DNA of 64,000 nt from Eledone cirrhosa (Eukaryota): positions 195,114,001 to 195,178,000 of the forward strand of contig OZ024742.1 of assembly GCA_964016885.1 (NCBI GenBank), written 5' to 3'. The notes under the pieces were generated by a model. That model made no database searches. It had not been told where the DNA came from and saw only the letters and a list, made by a program, of their open reading frames with translations. Position 1 is the first letter of the stretch. Each line of letters opens with the position of its first letter. This document shows positions 39,693 to 52,143 of this stretch, one piece after another. The position numbers and the translations under genes were made by a program.

Positions 39693-39822
39693 AAGGTTAT
39701 ATTTAATTTGTTGGAATTCAACAAACTTAAAAGTTTTATAACTGACATAAAGCACTCAACAGTTTAGTGGAGTAAATATTCATTATATTAATAAATGGAA
39801 ACTATATTTATAAAACCATAAT
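39689..39822 (-). mobile_element. Terminal fragment of the Penelope-like family seen at 61654-62112
   Basis: Reverse complement matches about 61984-62112 (TAGTTTCCATTTATTAATATA..TTTACTCCA..TGTTGAGTGCTTTAT.TCAGTTATAAAA..AAATTAAATATAAC); embedded in (TA)n. Confidence 0.75.
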
Positions 39823-39848
39823 TATATATATATTTATAAAACCATAAT

Positions 39849-39894
<46 letters not shown>

Positions 39895-39989
39895 CAAAAC
39901 CATAATTATATATATATATATATCGTACATCAAACTATTGTTTGCTTGTTTCCATTTACCTTTTGCATATATATGTACGATAATATAAT

Positions 39990-40063
39990 CATACTCTACT
40001 ACCCCAAGTATCGAGTACTCTGTTGAGTAATGGTCGGACCGGTTTCAAACTGAATCCAACCTG

Positions 40064-40068
<5 letters not shown>
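39990..40068 (+). mobile_element. Tail related to the 52.1/60.7-kb Penelope-like family
   Basis: ACTCTACTACCCCAAGTATCGAGTACTCTG..ATGGTC resembles the reverse complement of 52144-52223; ends in (TA)n. Confidence 0.55.
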
Positions 40069-40103
<35 letters not shown>

Positions 40104-40430
40104 ATTAGGATTTAGCATCATGCATAGCTGTATACAGATATGTATTAGAATTTTGTATTTCTAAAGAAATACGGTATGTTTCCAGGTGGGCATTTAGAAA
40201 GTCGTAGCTATGTAAAACACCGGAGCTAACACCCTCTGGTGATGTCCAGCAGAAACAAGCGGGACAATCGTCGATACATTCCGAACTTAACAGGTCCTCA
40301 TGAGGACGTTCCCTCTCACACCTGCGACTGCTGGACTTGGAAACAGGCGAGAATATATGGTTTTCTCGTCTGTGTAAATGGAGTAAATAATCTCTCTTTG
40401 CATATGAAGCTGCTTAAGTTGGTTCAACAT

Positions 40431-40612
40431 ATAATTGTTTCTACTTTAGGCACAAGGCCAGCAATTATCCAGTACATTACTGGTACTTTATTTTATCGAC
40501 CCCGTAAGGATGAAAGGCAAAGTTAACCTCGGCGGGATTTGAACTCAGACTGCAAAGGGACGTAACTATGCTAGAAAGCATGGCGTCCAACCCTCTACCG
40601 ATACTGCCAAAT
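40431..40612 (-). mobile_element. (ATT)n-family SINE
   Basis: Reverse complement of the family body, with A and B boxes. Confidence 0.88.
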
Positions 40613-40899
40613 CATATGTCACCTTTCAGTGGCAATACCTCACTGGTAATTTATTTCATCGATACTCGAAAGGACGAAATTCAAATTTGACCGTGGCGGT
40701 ATTTTATATCTGGACATGAAAGGGCCGTAGTGTATTATTTCGAACAAGGACAACTGAAATACTCATCGTCGAAACCAACGGAGATCCATTCAAGCCATTC
40801 TACATTAACCACTACAAAATCACAGCTTTCAATAATTTCAAACAATTTATCATTTGAATTGGAATTTTTTCTATTTTAAATTACATTATGCAAGAAATT

Positions 40900-42180
40900 C
40901 TGGTAATTTGGTGTTGGTGTTATTGCTGTTGTTGTCGCTGGTTGTGGTGGCGGTGGTGGTGGTGGTGTTGCTGTGTGTGTTGTCGTTGTTGTTGGTGGTG
41001 GTGATGGTGGTGGTGATGGTGGTGGTGATGGTGGTGGTGGTGGTCGTGTTGCTGTGTGTGTTATTGCTGTTGTTGTCGCTGGTTGTGGCGGTGGTGGTGG
41101 TGGTGGTGGTGGTGGTGGTGTTGCTGTGTGTGTTGTCGTTGTTGGTGGTGGTGGTGATGGTGGTGGTGATGGTGGTGGTGGTGGAGGTGGTGAGAGTGTG
41201 GTGATGTGATTGTTATTATCGTTGTTGTTGTTGTTGTTGTTGTTGTTGTGCTGTTGCTAGTAGTGGCCGTGGTGGGGGTGGGGTGTGTTGCTTGTGGTGA
41301 TGGTCATGCTCGTGGTGTAGGTGTTGTTGGGTTATGTTGATGGGGGAGATGGTGTGATTGCTGTTGTTGTGTGTGCTGTTCCAAGTGGTGGCGGGGTGGT
41401 GTGATTGTTGTTGTTGTTATGTGTGTTGTTGCTAGTGCTGGTGGTGGTGGTGGTGGTGGTGGTGTTATTGTTGTTGACAGTGGTGGTGTTGGTGGCGTAG
41501 CTGTTATTGCTGTTGTGGTTGTTTTTGTTATTGTTGATGTTATTGGTGCTGCTGCTGCTGCTGATGATGATGATGATATTGTAGTTGTTGTTGCTGTTGT
41601 TGTTTTGGTGTTGGTCGTGGTGGTGGTGGTGGTGGTGGTGGTGGTGGTGGTAGCGGTAATGGTGGTGGTGGTGGTCTTGTTGTTGTTGTTAGTGCTGCTG
41701 ATGGTGGTGGTGGTGATGGTGTTGGTAGTGGTGGTGGTGATGGTGCTGGTGGTGTTAGTAGCGGTAATGGTGGTGGTGGTCTTGTTGTTGTTGTTAGTGC
41801 TGCTGATGGTGGTGGTGGTGATGGTGTTGGTAGTGGTGGTGGTGATGGTGCTGGTGGTGTTAGTAGCGGTAATGGTGGTGGTGGTCTTGTTGTTGTTGTT
41901 AGTGCTGCTGATGGTGGTGGTGGTGTTGGTGTTGGTAGCAGTAATGGTGGTGGTGGTCTTGTTGTTGTTGTTAGTGCTGCTGCTGCTGCTGGTGATGGTG
42001 GTGGAGGGGATGGTGTTGGTAGTGCTGGTGGAAGTTATGGTGATGGTGGTGGTGATGTGGTTAGTATCGGTGGTAGTTGTAGCAGTTGTAGTGGTGTTGG
42101 TGATGTTGATGGTTGTGGTGATGGTTGTGGAGGTGGCATGTGTTGATGTTGGTGCTGCTGGCAATGGTGATGCTGTGTCT

Positions 42181-42244
<64 letters not shown>

Positions 42245-42245
42245 C

Positions 42246-42286
<41 letters not shown>

Positions 42287-42552
42287 CAGTAGCAGCAGTA
42301 GTAGTAGTAGTAGTAGTAGTAGTATTGTCGGTGATGATGGTGTTAGTCGTGATAATGATACGATTGTTGTGGCTGTTGTTGTTGTTCATGTTATTGTTGT
42401 TATAGTTGTAGTTGTTGGTGTTGTAGTTGTTGTTGTTATAGTTGTTATAGTTGTTATAGTTGTAGTTGTTGTAGTTGTTGTTATAGTTGTAGTTGTTGTA
42501 GTTGTTGTTATAGTTGTAGTTGTTGTTATAGTTGTAGTTGTTGCTGTTGTTA
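40900..42552. repeat. GGT/GTT/GTA compound microsatellite with higher-order repeats
   Basis: Read directly; about 102-bp unit around GTCTTGTTGTTGTTGTTAGTGCTGCTG repeated at 41670-41990. Confidence 0.9.
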
Positions 42553-43160
42553 TTCTCCATGCACCCCCCCCCCCCTCCCCCCACTCCCCCACATATTTCT
42601 TTTCTCGCAGAAATTGCAACTTCACCTCACATGTCATACAGCTCATATTTCCTTCATTCTCTGAAGTGCAATTAACAAGCTGAAAACAGACACATGCTCG
42701 GCCACGCCCACTCCCCCCCCACACACACACAAACACACACACACACACAAATACACACACACACACACACACACATCCATACACACACACGCATACATAC
42801 ACACGCACGCACGCACACACACACACACACACACACATGAAAAGACTATATTCCTTTATTCTGTTATAGGTTTTAGTCACAGGACTGCGGTCATGTTGGG
42901 GCACTATCTAAAAGGGATATTTAGCCAATCATATCAATCCCAGTACTTATTTCATCGATATTTTTCTCGAAGCGCTAAGTTCCGGAACATAAATGAACAA
43001 TAAACCTAAGCACACACAAACACATACACACACACGCACACACACACACAACGTAAAGGGCCGTAACTCTATACCACGAAGCATGGTGTCCGACGCTTTA
43101 CCGATACTGCTAATCTAATATGGAGACGAAGTATCAATTTATCATCTTGTGCATATATCA

Positions 43161-43261
43161 TTCACTTCTGACGCGGGTTTCGTCATCGATCTACTCAAGT
43201 TACAATCGAACGTAGTCGGGACTAACTGACTCTGGAATCGATAGCTCGTCAGACTTGCGAA
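43161..43261 (-). ncRNA. Degenerate or variant hammerhead ribozyme motif
   Basis: Minus strand CTGACGA-G..ATCGAT...ATCGAT..C-GAAA-CCCGCG-TC; stem I TTCGC/GTGAA with a 3x3 purine internal loop. Confidence 0.5.
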
Positions 43262-43754
43262 CATTCAAATATAAGAGTAAATCCCCGGCGTACCGTTATA
43301 TATAGACGTAAGTCACTGTTTATTCAGAATAATTAGTATTACTAGCAGAAAAACCGCCCTCGAGTGGTCTTCTGCTAGCATGTGTAGTGTGCATATTGAT
43401 ATTATACGCAAATATACATGCATGTAGATATGATACGTCAAATAAAATCGTAATTGACAATATGCACAGAAATTGAAGAGAGACTGTGTTACACTCTCTT
43501 CTGTAATCAGTAAAGTAATCCATGATACATTTAAAAAAGACAATATTATATATAAACTGCACTACAGTGGAATGTAATGAAAACGAAAAAGGAGAAAATT
43601 AGTGACAGAAATATAAACGTTATGATATAACGATGTAAATATACGAACGTTTATATAAGCGATATGTGATATAGCGTCCGTTATATCATAACCGGAAGTA
43701 TTGACATTTGAAAATGTTAAAAGAAGTGAATCTTATAATAAACAATCATTATAT

Positions 43755-43942
43755 GCGGTGGATTGGCAGTATCGGTAGAGGGTTGGACGCCATGCTTTCC
43801 AGCATAGTTACGTCCCTTTACGATCTGAGTTCAAATCCCGCCGAGGTTGACTTTGCCTTTCATCCTTACGGGGTCGATAAAATAAAGTACCAGTAATGCA
43901 CTGGGTAATTGCTGGCCTTGTGCCTAAAGTAGAAACAATTAT
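43755..43942 (+). mobile_element. (ATT)n-family SINE, full length
   Basis: A-box TGGCAGTATCGG, B-box GAGTTCAAATCC; nearly identical to 4694-4860. Confidence 0.9.
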
Positions 43943-44424
43943 ATATAAGAATATTTATGTTTAATCAACAGCTACGAAATTTAGCACATGCATTATGTAA
44001 TATTTATTCATTATTTACTCAAAGTAATCCAACTTATTTTACTAACGGGATAAAAAAATGTATTTAGGACATAGTCCCGCACTTCTCCCTTTATTATATT
44101 ATGATAATCATCCAGTGTTTAATGTTCAAGATTGTGTGAAGATGGGGCTGCTAATGACCGGAGCCTGTAATTACTATATTGACATAAACACATGTACAGA
44201 TTAGGAGATAAATAACTGGATACATTATAATAATAAAATAGTAAAATAAAATAAAATAATACTAAAAGCTGGAGAGTAAAAGGTAAATAACAGAGAAAGA
44301 AAGAAAAGAAAGAAAGAATGAAAGAAAGAAGAAAAGAAAGAAGGAAAGAAAGAAAGAAGATAATGGCTGAAGGCATGGTTCATTGATAGACTGATATGGG
44401 CAAGTTAAAAAAAAACACAGGAAA

Positions 44425-45330
44425 AATTTGATTAAATCGACTCCAATACGTGACTGGTACTCTATTTTATCGATCTCGTCAGGATGAAAGGCAAAGTTAA
44501 CTTCGGTGAGATTTGAACACAGAAATAATGGTGTCTGATTTAGGTACAAGATTTAGGCAACAATTTTTTGGTGGGCGGGAAAGTCGATTAAATTGACCCC
44601 AGTGCGTTACTGGTACTTTATTTTATCGATCCCGTAATGATGAAAGTTAAAGCTAATCTCGGCGGGATTTGAACACAAAACGTAAATATATGCCACAAAA
44701 TATGTGGTCCGACACTCTACCGATACTACCAATCCAGGGCCCTAATAATAATTGTTTCTACTTTTGGCACAAGGCCAGCAATTCGCCAGTACATTACTGG
44801 TACTTTATTTTATCGACCCCGTAAGGATGAAAGGCAAAGTTAACCTCGGTGGGATTCGAACTCAGAATGGCAAGGGCCGTAACTATATGCGTCAATAATA
44901 ATTGTTTCTACTTTTGGCACAAGGCCAGCAATTATCCCAGTGTATTACTGGTACTTTATTTTATCGACCCCCTAAGGATGAAAGCCAAAGTTAACCTCGG
45001 CGGGATTTGAACTCAGTCCGTAAAGGGACGTAACTGTACTGCAAAGCATGGAGTCCGACCCTCTACCGATAATAATGGTTTCTGATTTACGCACAAGGCC
45101 AGCAATTTGGGGGGGAGGAAAAAGTCGATTAAATCGACCCCAGTGCGTGACTGGTACTTTAATTCATCTACCCCGTAAGGATGAAAGGCAAAGTTAACCT
45201 CGGTGGGATTCGAACTCAGAATGGCAAGGGCCGTAACTCTATGCGTCAATAATGATTTCTAGTATAGCCACAAAGCCAGTAATTTTATGGGGAGGGGAAA
45301 GTCGATTAAATCAACCCCAGTACGTTACTG
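44425..45330 (-). mobile_element. Head-to-tail array of about 6 (ATT)n-family SINE units
   Basis: Repeated GGCACAAGGCCAGCAAT..CTGGTACTTTATTTTATCGACCCC..GGATGAAAGGCAAAGTTAACC blocks joined by short (AAT)n. Confidence 0.88.
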
Positions 45331-45790
45331 GGACACTGAAAACTTGGAACAGTCGGACAAACGGAGATTTCCCACTCGCCGATTTTAATCTGAGTGCCTG
45401 TGATCCAGTGGAAAATAGCCCATCAAAAATGATAAGAATATAACAAAACAATGCACGATAGAGGTCAAGGTTTTTCGATTTAAATGATAGGGAAACGAAA
45501 CGAAAAATGTACAAACCAATAGGGGACATGAATGCCCCTGAAATAACTTCACAAAGAAAACACGACAAATAAATATCACCATAGGTAACTGTATGGCAAA
45601 GAGAGATTGTCTGTTATGGGTTAGTTCGAACAATACCTCTCGAATAAATAGGGGAAAATAGGTGATGACACGAGGTAAAAAGGCGACCATATCAACACAT
45701 ACGCACACAAACGAATGCACGCGCACACACACACGCACACATATATGTGTGTGTGTGTGTGTGTGTATGTGTGTGTGTGCGTGTATATAT

Positions 45791-45839
<49 letters not shown>

Positions 45840-46485
45840 GTGAGTGAGTGAGAGAGATTGACCAATGAAAACAAAAAAAGGTGAGGATCTATTTTATCAA
45901 GATTAATAATATGGAATTAGATAACTGCTATCGATAAGGCAATATATCGATATTTCGAAGATTCATTCAACATCTTGAAACGATCGTAAAACAATCTTAA
46001 TACGGCGCTCCTACGACTCCCTTGGGAGTTATGGTACATATATGGGTGTATACGGCATGTTTCTGTCGTTTTCCTTAACCAAATTTCACTTACCAGCCTT
46101 GGATTAGCCCAAGGCTATAGAAGACACTTGCCCCTGGTGCCAGACTGTGGAAACCGAGTTAGAATCTATGTGGTTTGAAAGTAAAATCCTCATTCCCTCA
46201 GCTATACCTGCACCTGTATCGGGGAATCTCTTCACTTTCTCCGTTCTAATCCTACAAAGTGCCGGAATCCATTAAAGTAACTACCATATATTTACTGCGA
46301 ATTGATTTAGTCAAATATCCAATCCCACTCTTCCCACAGAAAAGAAAAGTTGGAGGTCTTCAGCTCACATTAGAAGTCACTATTGTTGTTTTTAAAAAGG
46401 CGGTGGGTTGGCAGAATTGTTGAAGCATCGAACAAAATACTTTGTGGTATTTGTTCTGGTTAGTTACATTTTGAATTCATATCTA

Positions 46486-47082
46486 CGAGGCTCAGCTAAA
46501 AAGTTCATAGGCTGAAAATGTCATAGGCTGACCAAGATAGTCACATGGAATGACCAAATGAGGTTTATTTTTCAAAATGGAAAGAAACAATACAGTCATT
46601 AATAAGAAAAGTTGAAATTAATGCATGCAAGATTTCGCAGCTCTTGCAAAACTCCTTCATTGTCAGCCTATGAACTTTTCAGCCCACCCTCGTATATATA
46701 TACGCAACTGGTCCTAGCAGTGAACCCCATGCTAGTTCCGTCAACTTATCATATATATATATATAGAACAGCTTTGAAATTTCTTATTATCTCTGTACCA
46801 GCATAGTTATGACTATAACCCTTTTCAGCCTGTTCAGCCTAACGAATGAAAAGACAACCTAAAAAAACTTATCGTGATTATCAAAGCCGTGAGTAGACTC
46901 GTGACCGACTACAGCACCAAAGACACCGTATAAAAGTGGACAAAAAACCAAACAGCTACCATTAACACTTAACATCCTGTAATGATTTAGTAAAAAATAT
47001 TTTAAATACATTTCTTAATTCAAATGTTCATAATATTCTTACTAGTGGAGGGATTGCCTATGAACTTTTCAGCCCACCCTCG
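46486..47082. mobile_element. Mariner-type MITE (46486-46692) extended to a second right TIR ending at 47082, inserted in an old SINE
   Basis: Left TIR CGAGGCTCAGCTAAAAAGTTCATAGGCTGA; identical right TIR GCCTATGAACTTTTCAGCCCACCCTCG+TA ending at 46692 and 47082. Confidence 0.75.
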
Positions 47083-47216
47083 TAGCTGATGTCAATTTTG
47101 CCTGTCACACTTCCGAGATCGATGCAACAGAATATCAGTCAAGCACTGGGTTCTTTTTAATCGACTAGCCAAACATTGCTGACTTTGATCCTGAATTAGA
47201 AACCATGGTTATAACA

Positions 47217-47505
47217 CTGAAGTGGGTGACCTTTTTCGAAAAGTGGGCCGCATGAGATATGGCTCATCATCTGGCGGGCCGCAAGTGCTAATTTACATTC
47301 GTGTCCACATTAAAAAAAGGGCGGTAACTCAGGTTGTTTTTATTTGTTTCTTCAGAATTCGTACACGTTGTTTTCCTTGATCGTAAAAATGATAGAAAGA
47401 TAAATTACGACTGAAAAGTTGGGGTACAAAAATCAGAAAGTTTCACTTAGGTCACTTAGGCGAGCCATTCAGAAAGCTTCGCGGGCCGTAGGTTACCCAT
47501 GACTG
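47217..47505. mobile_element. hAT-like MITE
   Basis: Ends CTGAAGTGGGTGACC / GGTTACCCATGACTG with subterminal GGGCCG motifs; no clean 8-bp TSD. Confidence 0.5.
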
Positions 47506-47550
47506 TGTTAAGGTGATGTATTGACAGAATCATTGGAGATTGGAGATATG

Positions 47551-48010
47551 TGTAGCGAAATCTGTCCACGCCTTGAACATTGGGTGACAACTAAAAGTCA
47601 AATTCTAGATCACCATCTTTTTCAGTGTGGACAGGTTCATGAGTAGGCAATCCCTCGAGGCAGGGAGACAGAAAACGACAGGAATATAAAGCCTATATTT
47701 TCCCACATTTTACACAGAGAAATAGGAGCTGTACGCTATAGTATAGCTATGTAAAGATTCACCGCCTACTACAGGCCGCGGAGGTCTACAGACAACCACA
47801 GACCATTACTCTCTCTCTCTCTCTCCCCTGGTCTCAGACCACTCCAGCCTCATGAACCAACAACAAAATAACATCAGCGAACCTTCGCAACTCGTGGTAA
47901 CTTGTTTTTTGTTCTTTTTGACTGAAGTGAAGTAAACCTTTTTATATATAAAGTAAATCAGCTATTCTTGTTATTTCATTTAACAACTACTATTAATACC
48001 CTTCGTTATA
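47551..48010 (+). mobile_element. Solo LTR, 460 bp, with 4-bp TSD TATG
   Basis: Starts TGTAGCGAA, ends TTCGTTATA (imperfect inverted ends); TATG at 47547-50 and 48011-14; TATA-like AATATAAA near 47683. Confidence 0.72.
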
Positions 48011-48336
48011 TATGTAGCACTTTATCTTTAGCATTGCCTCGATAAAATAAAGAAACATCAACACGATAAATGAAAAAAAACAAAACAAAAAGCTTTTAAA
48101 AACTAAGTGTAAAATATGATAAATTTTCAATTAGAGAAGAGACGAGTTATGAAGAAAACATTATAAGGTGTAGAGAGTGATGGGGTTGTTATGGTGGAAG
48201 GGAGAGAGGGGGTTAATTGGTGTGAACATTTAGAGAGAGGTGGGAGCTTTATATAAATGTAAATGAAAAACAGAACCATCGGAAAAATTTTTAATTTTAA
48301 ATGTGTTCCAGATAATATCCCTGAGCTCGGCTGCCC

Positions 48337-48367
<31 letters not shown>

Positions 48368-48413
48368 AAGAAGAAGAAGAAGAAGAAGAATATCGTCTCA
48401 CCATAAATGATTG

Positions 48414-48628
48414 TAATAATGATTCCTAGTATAGGCACAAGGCCAGTAATTTGAGGGGATGGAAAAGCCGACCCCAGTGCGTTACTGGTACTTTATTTTA
48501 TCGACCCTGTAAGGATGAAAGACAAAGTTAACTTCGGCGGGATTTGAACTGAGACCGTAAAGAGACGTAACTCTATGCTGCAAAGCATGGCATTCGACAC
48601 TCTACCGATACTGCCAATCCACCGCCCT
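48414..48628 (-). mobile_element. (ATT)n-family SINE, full length
   Basis: Reverse complement of the family consensus from GGCGGTGGATTGGCAG to the (ATT) tail. Confidence 0.85.
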
Positions 48629-49085
48629 ATAAATAACTTTAATAATAATCGTAGATCACTATATATAATCCCTCGGGGTACTTTATCCAATATTCTCAAG
48701 TATTATTTATAGAGACCGACTATTCTTATAGTCATATCTGTTGCAGCGGCTACATGTCAAATATAAATGTAATGTAAATGTAAAATACATAATATAGATT
48801 CTCATCATCGAAAACAGACGAAGAATCCATCATTATTCTCACCAACATCATCATGATCATCATGATCATTATCATCATCGTCATAGAACTATTTAGCTTT
48901 CGGCTATATTATTTTGTAATGTTCGCTTTCTGAAAGCAAACATGACGAAAGTATCTAATAAATTCGGTGTTCTGTGTTTACAGTACAACATCTCATATAT
49001 TAATTACTAAGGACGACATTACTCTATTCATCTTCCAACGTTCGTCTTAGATTGCTGTTTCGTTTTCAATACAAAAGAAACTGTG

Positions 49086-50010
49086 AAGGCGTGTGTCTTA
49101 GTGGCTAGTGTATTCAGTTCACGAGTATAAAACCGTAAGTTCGATTCGGGTGGTGTGTTGGTGTCTTTCGACAAGACATTTTATTTCACGTCGCTCTATC
49201 CTGCTTATCTAGCCAAAATTCATTGATTGTAATTAAAAAGGTAAACCTTATCACACACTGTGTCGAACTGGAACTCCCTGAGAACTACGTTACGGGTACA
49301 TGTAGCTATGGAATGCTCAACTGCATGTACTACGGTGTTCGGCTGAAAAGTTAATAGGCTGACTATGAAGGATTGATGTTAGGGCTGTGAAATATTCCGT
49401 GCATTAATTTCAAATTCTAAACAACTGCATTGTTTCTTTCTAGGGGTTAAGTTGAAAAATAAACTCATTTGGTCATTCCATGAGAGTATCTTGGTCAGCC
49501 CTTTTAGTCAACTCTTGTATAACACAAAATGTATAGTACCTGTAATTCAAAGGGAGCGAACTTTTTCACACAGTTTCATGCTGAATCTCCCTGATAATTA
49601 GGTTAAGGGTACACGTGTCTGTGGAATACTCAGCCACTTGCTCTATAATACATGATGGACTGGACAAATTCAAAGGACAAAGTTTGTGACAGAGTTTCAC
49701 GCCGAATCTCCCTGAGACCTACGGTGAGGGTACACTTATCTGTGGAATGTTCAGGCACTTTTGGCATGTTACAGACCAGTCAACTCTCCTCCCTCCGACG
49801 CAAAGATCTCCCACCCACTTTAGGGTGGGTGAGAGATGTCTTCTCTTGTGAAAATGGGTATAACTTTCATTATGTAAAATCTCCCTATTTTCCCTCATTT
49901 CTCCCCGTTTGGGGGCACATTTTATCATGGTGCTCCCCGTTTGGGTTTTAGAGGGTAGCAGGTCTGGTGCAAATATTATGAGCAGGCTGTTCCTTGGATC
50001 GAACAACTAC
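49086..50010 (+). mobile_element. CORE-like SINE with an internally triplicated segment and a MITE insert (49333-49517)
   Basis: tRNA-like head (TAGTGG..GTTCGATTC); CTCCCTGAGA..TACG..A.GGGTACA block near 49275, 49587 and 49708; TA-flanked MITE. Confidence 0.6.
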
Positions 50011-50259
50011 AAAAACTCTTTATAACAGAAACCAATTTCTACGTCTTACAAAACGACACTAAGAAGGTAATAACCTGGAAACACGCAACAATTGATCATA
50101 GGACGAACAAATGACCTCATGGCACGTCATGAAAATTACCTCTTAAGATACCGCAAAGAAAAAGCTAATCATATTTTATTCACATTTTAATCTGACTTAT
50201 TCGATTACCAAAAACAACACTTCAATTGTTAAAATTATACGGAGCGGGGGAGAGAGTGA

Positions 50260-50297
<38 letters not shown>

Positions 50298-51647
50298 CGA
50301 GAGAAAGAGAGAGTATATAGAATATAAAGAAAAAATAGAAAGAGTAGAGGAGAGAGAGAGGGAGAGAGAGATATGAGAGGGAGAGAGGAGGAGGAGAGAG
50401 AGGAGAGAGAAATTGTAAGAATGGAATGGAACTCCATCGATTCCTACTGTGTTCTATTTGTTAGAGCAGTGAAACAGCCTTCTTGTTAAAAATATTAACG
50501 CACAACAGGCTGAGCATGCCGCAAACACGTGTACCTTTAACATAATATGCATGAGAAGGCACATGCCAAGACTGCCCCTTCGAATTACAGCCACAATTCA
50601 TCTGTCGGACATCCAAAGGATGTCCGTCAACTCAATTTCACTCACAAATCATGGGTCTGCTAGACACTATAGTAAAAGACATTTGCCCAAAATACCACGC
50701 AGTTGGATCAAATTTCCGACCTAATGATTGCGAAGAGAACTTCTTAACCATTCGTTCATACGGATTCCACATTATACCAAAAGATGGGGAGTGCGGGAGA
50801 GACGGAGGCAGTGACAGTGGGAGTTTGGTTCTTTTGTGTTCGGACCTGGTGTATATGTATATGTTTCACGGACACACATAAACACCTTTACTATTATCAG
50901 TAACTTTCAATCTCCTTACAACGATTAATAAACCTACATACCGACAAATAAGTCTATACCTTTGTTACAGCTTATTTCATTTACTGGACAGAAATCACGA
51001 AATGACTACACAATATAGTAAAAATGATGGACAGAATGATTTCTTTCCCTTATTTTAACTTAAATTATTTATTAAGATTTCATAATTAATTATAAATATA
51101 ACGAAAGAAGAGGGTGAGGAATAAATGCGAGTAGATCTGGCTGTATAGGAAAGTAAAGGGAAGGACAATAAAGGTCATGAATGAGAAGGAAAGGAGGGAA
51201 AGAGCAAGGAATATCAGGCAACGGAAGAAAGAGAGAGGCAAGGGCAGAATGTGACAGGCTCTGTGCCTAGGTCGGGTGGCATCAGAAAATTTGGTAATAG
51301 CTCCGAACCCTTACGTTCTGATTTCAAATCCCACCAAGGTCAACTTTTGGGGAGGGTGAGAGAGATAGAGGCGATGACAGTGGGAGTTCGACTCTTATGA
51401 GTTCTGACCTGGTGTGCAGCGTCAGTTGTCCATAGGGAGGTAGTGATTTATATGAATGCTTTTGTTATGACTCCTAGTTATCTTTTAAACTCTCAACTTA
51501 TGTTTGTTTTCATCATTAGCATAAATTTACTGAATACTGTGCTATATACTTGATATCTACTCGCGTATGGTTGGCTGGGATTACCTCTACCATAAAAGAA
51601 AGCCCTTTTCATTCTTATGTGGTCGATAAAAGTACCAGTCAAGTACG

Positions 51648-51866
51648 GGAGGCGCGTTGCCTAGTGGTAAGGGTGTTGAACACTTCATTTCACGTTGTTC
51701 CAGTATACTTAGCTGAGAATAAGTACCAGCAATAACTGTAGGGTAACCCTGCGATGGACTGGTGTTCTGTCCAGGGAGGAGTCTTGTACTATCAGTCGTT
51801 TCCCACCACCGAGACCAGGATAGGTACCGGCTTGGTGTGCCTCCTGGCTCAAGACTGACTTTAACT
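51648..51866 (+). mobile_element. SINE (internally deleted), same family as 60201-60486
   Basis: GGGAGGCGCGTTGCCTAGTGGTAAGGGTGTTG head; CCCTGCGATGGACTGGTGTTCTGTCCAGGG body. Confidence 0.7.
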
Positions 51867-52143
51867 TAAGTACCGGAGTCGATATAATCGACACACACTT
51901 AAACAAAAAAGAAATGCTGACCGAAATTAGAGACCCTTATTATTTTTGTTGTGGCAGTGGATTGGCAGAATCAGTAGCGAGTCGGACAAAATGGTTTGTG
52001 GTGTTTACTTACAACTTTCTACCTTCTGGGGTCAAATCCCACCGAGATAAACTTTACCTTTCATCCTTCCGAGTTCGATATAGTCGACTCTCCCTTCCCT
52101 AAATTGATGGCCTTATTCCAACATCTAGAAATATATATATATA

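Noticed and set aside
41304-42584. 426-aa Thr/Asn-rich mucin-like ORF
   Set aside because: Arises from triplet microsatellites open in several frames on both strands; no signal peptide or domain.
43755-43845. tRNA gene (A and B boxes), likewise other SINE heads
   Set aside because: No cloverleaf; continues into a multi-copy SINE body and tail.
50795-51416. About 60-bp diverged direct repeat (50795-50853 and 51358-51416) as an LTR pair
   Set aside because: No TG/CA ends, PBS, PPT or TSD visible.
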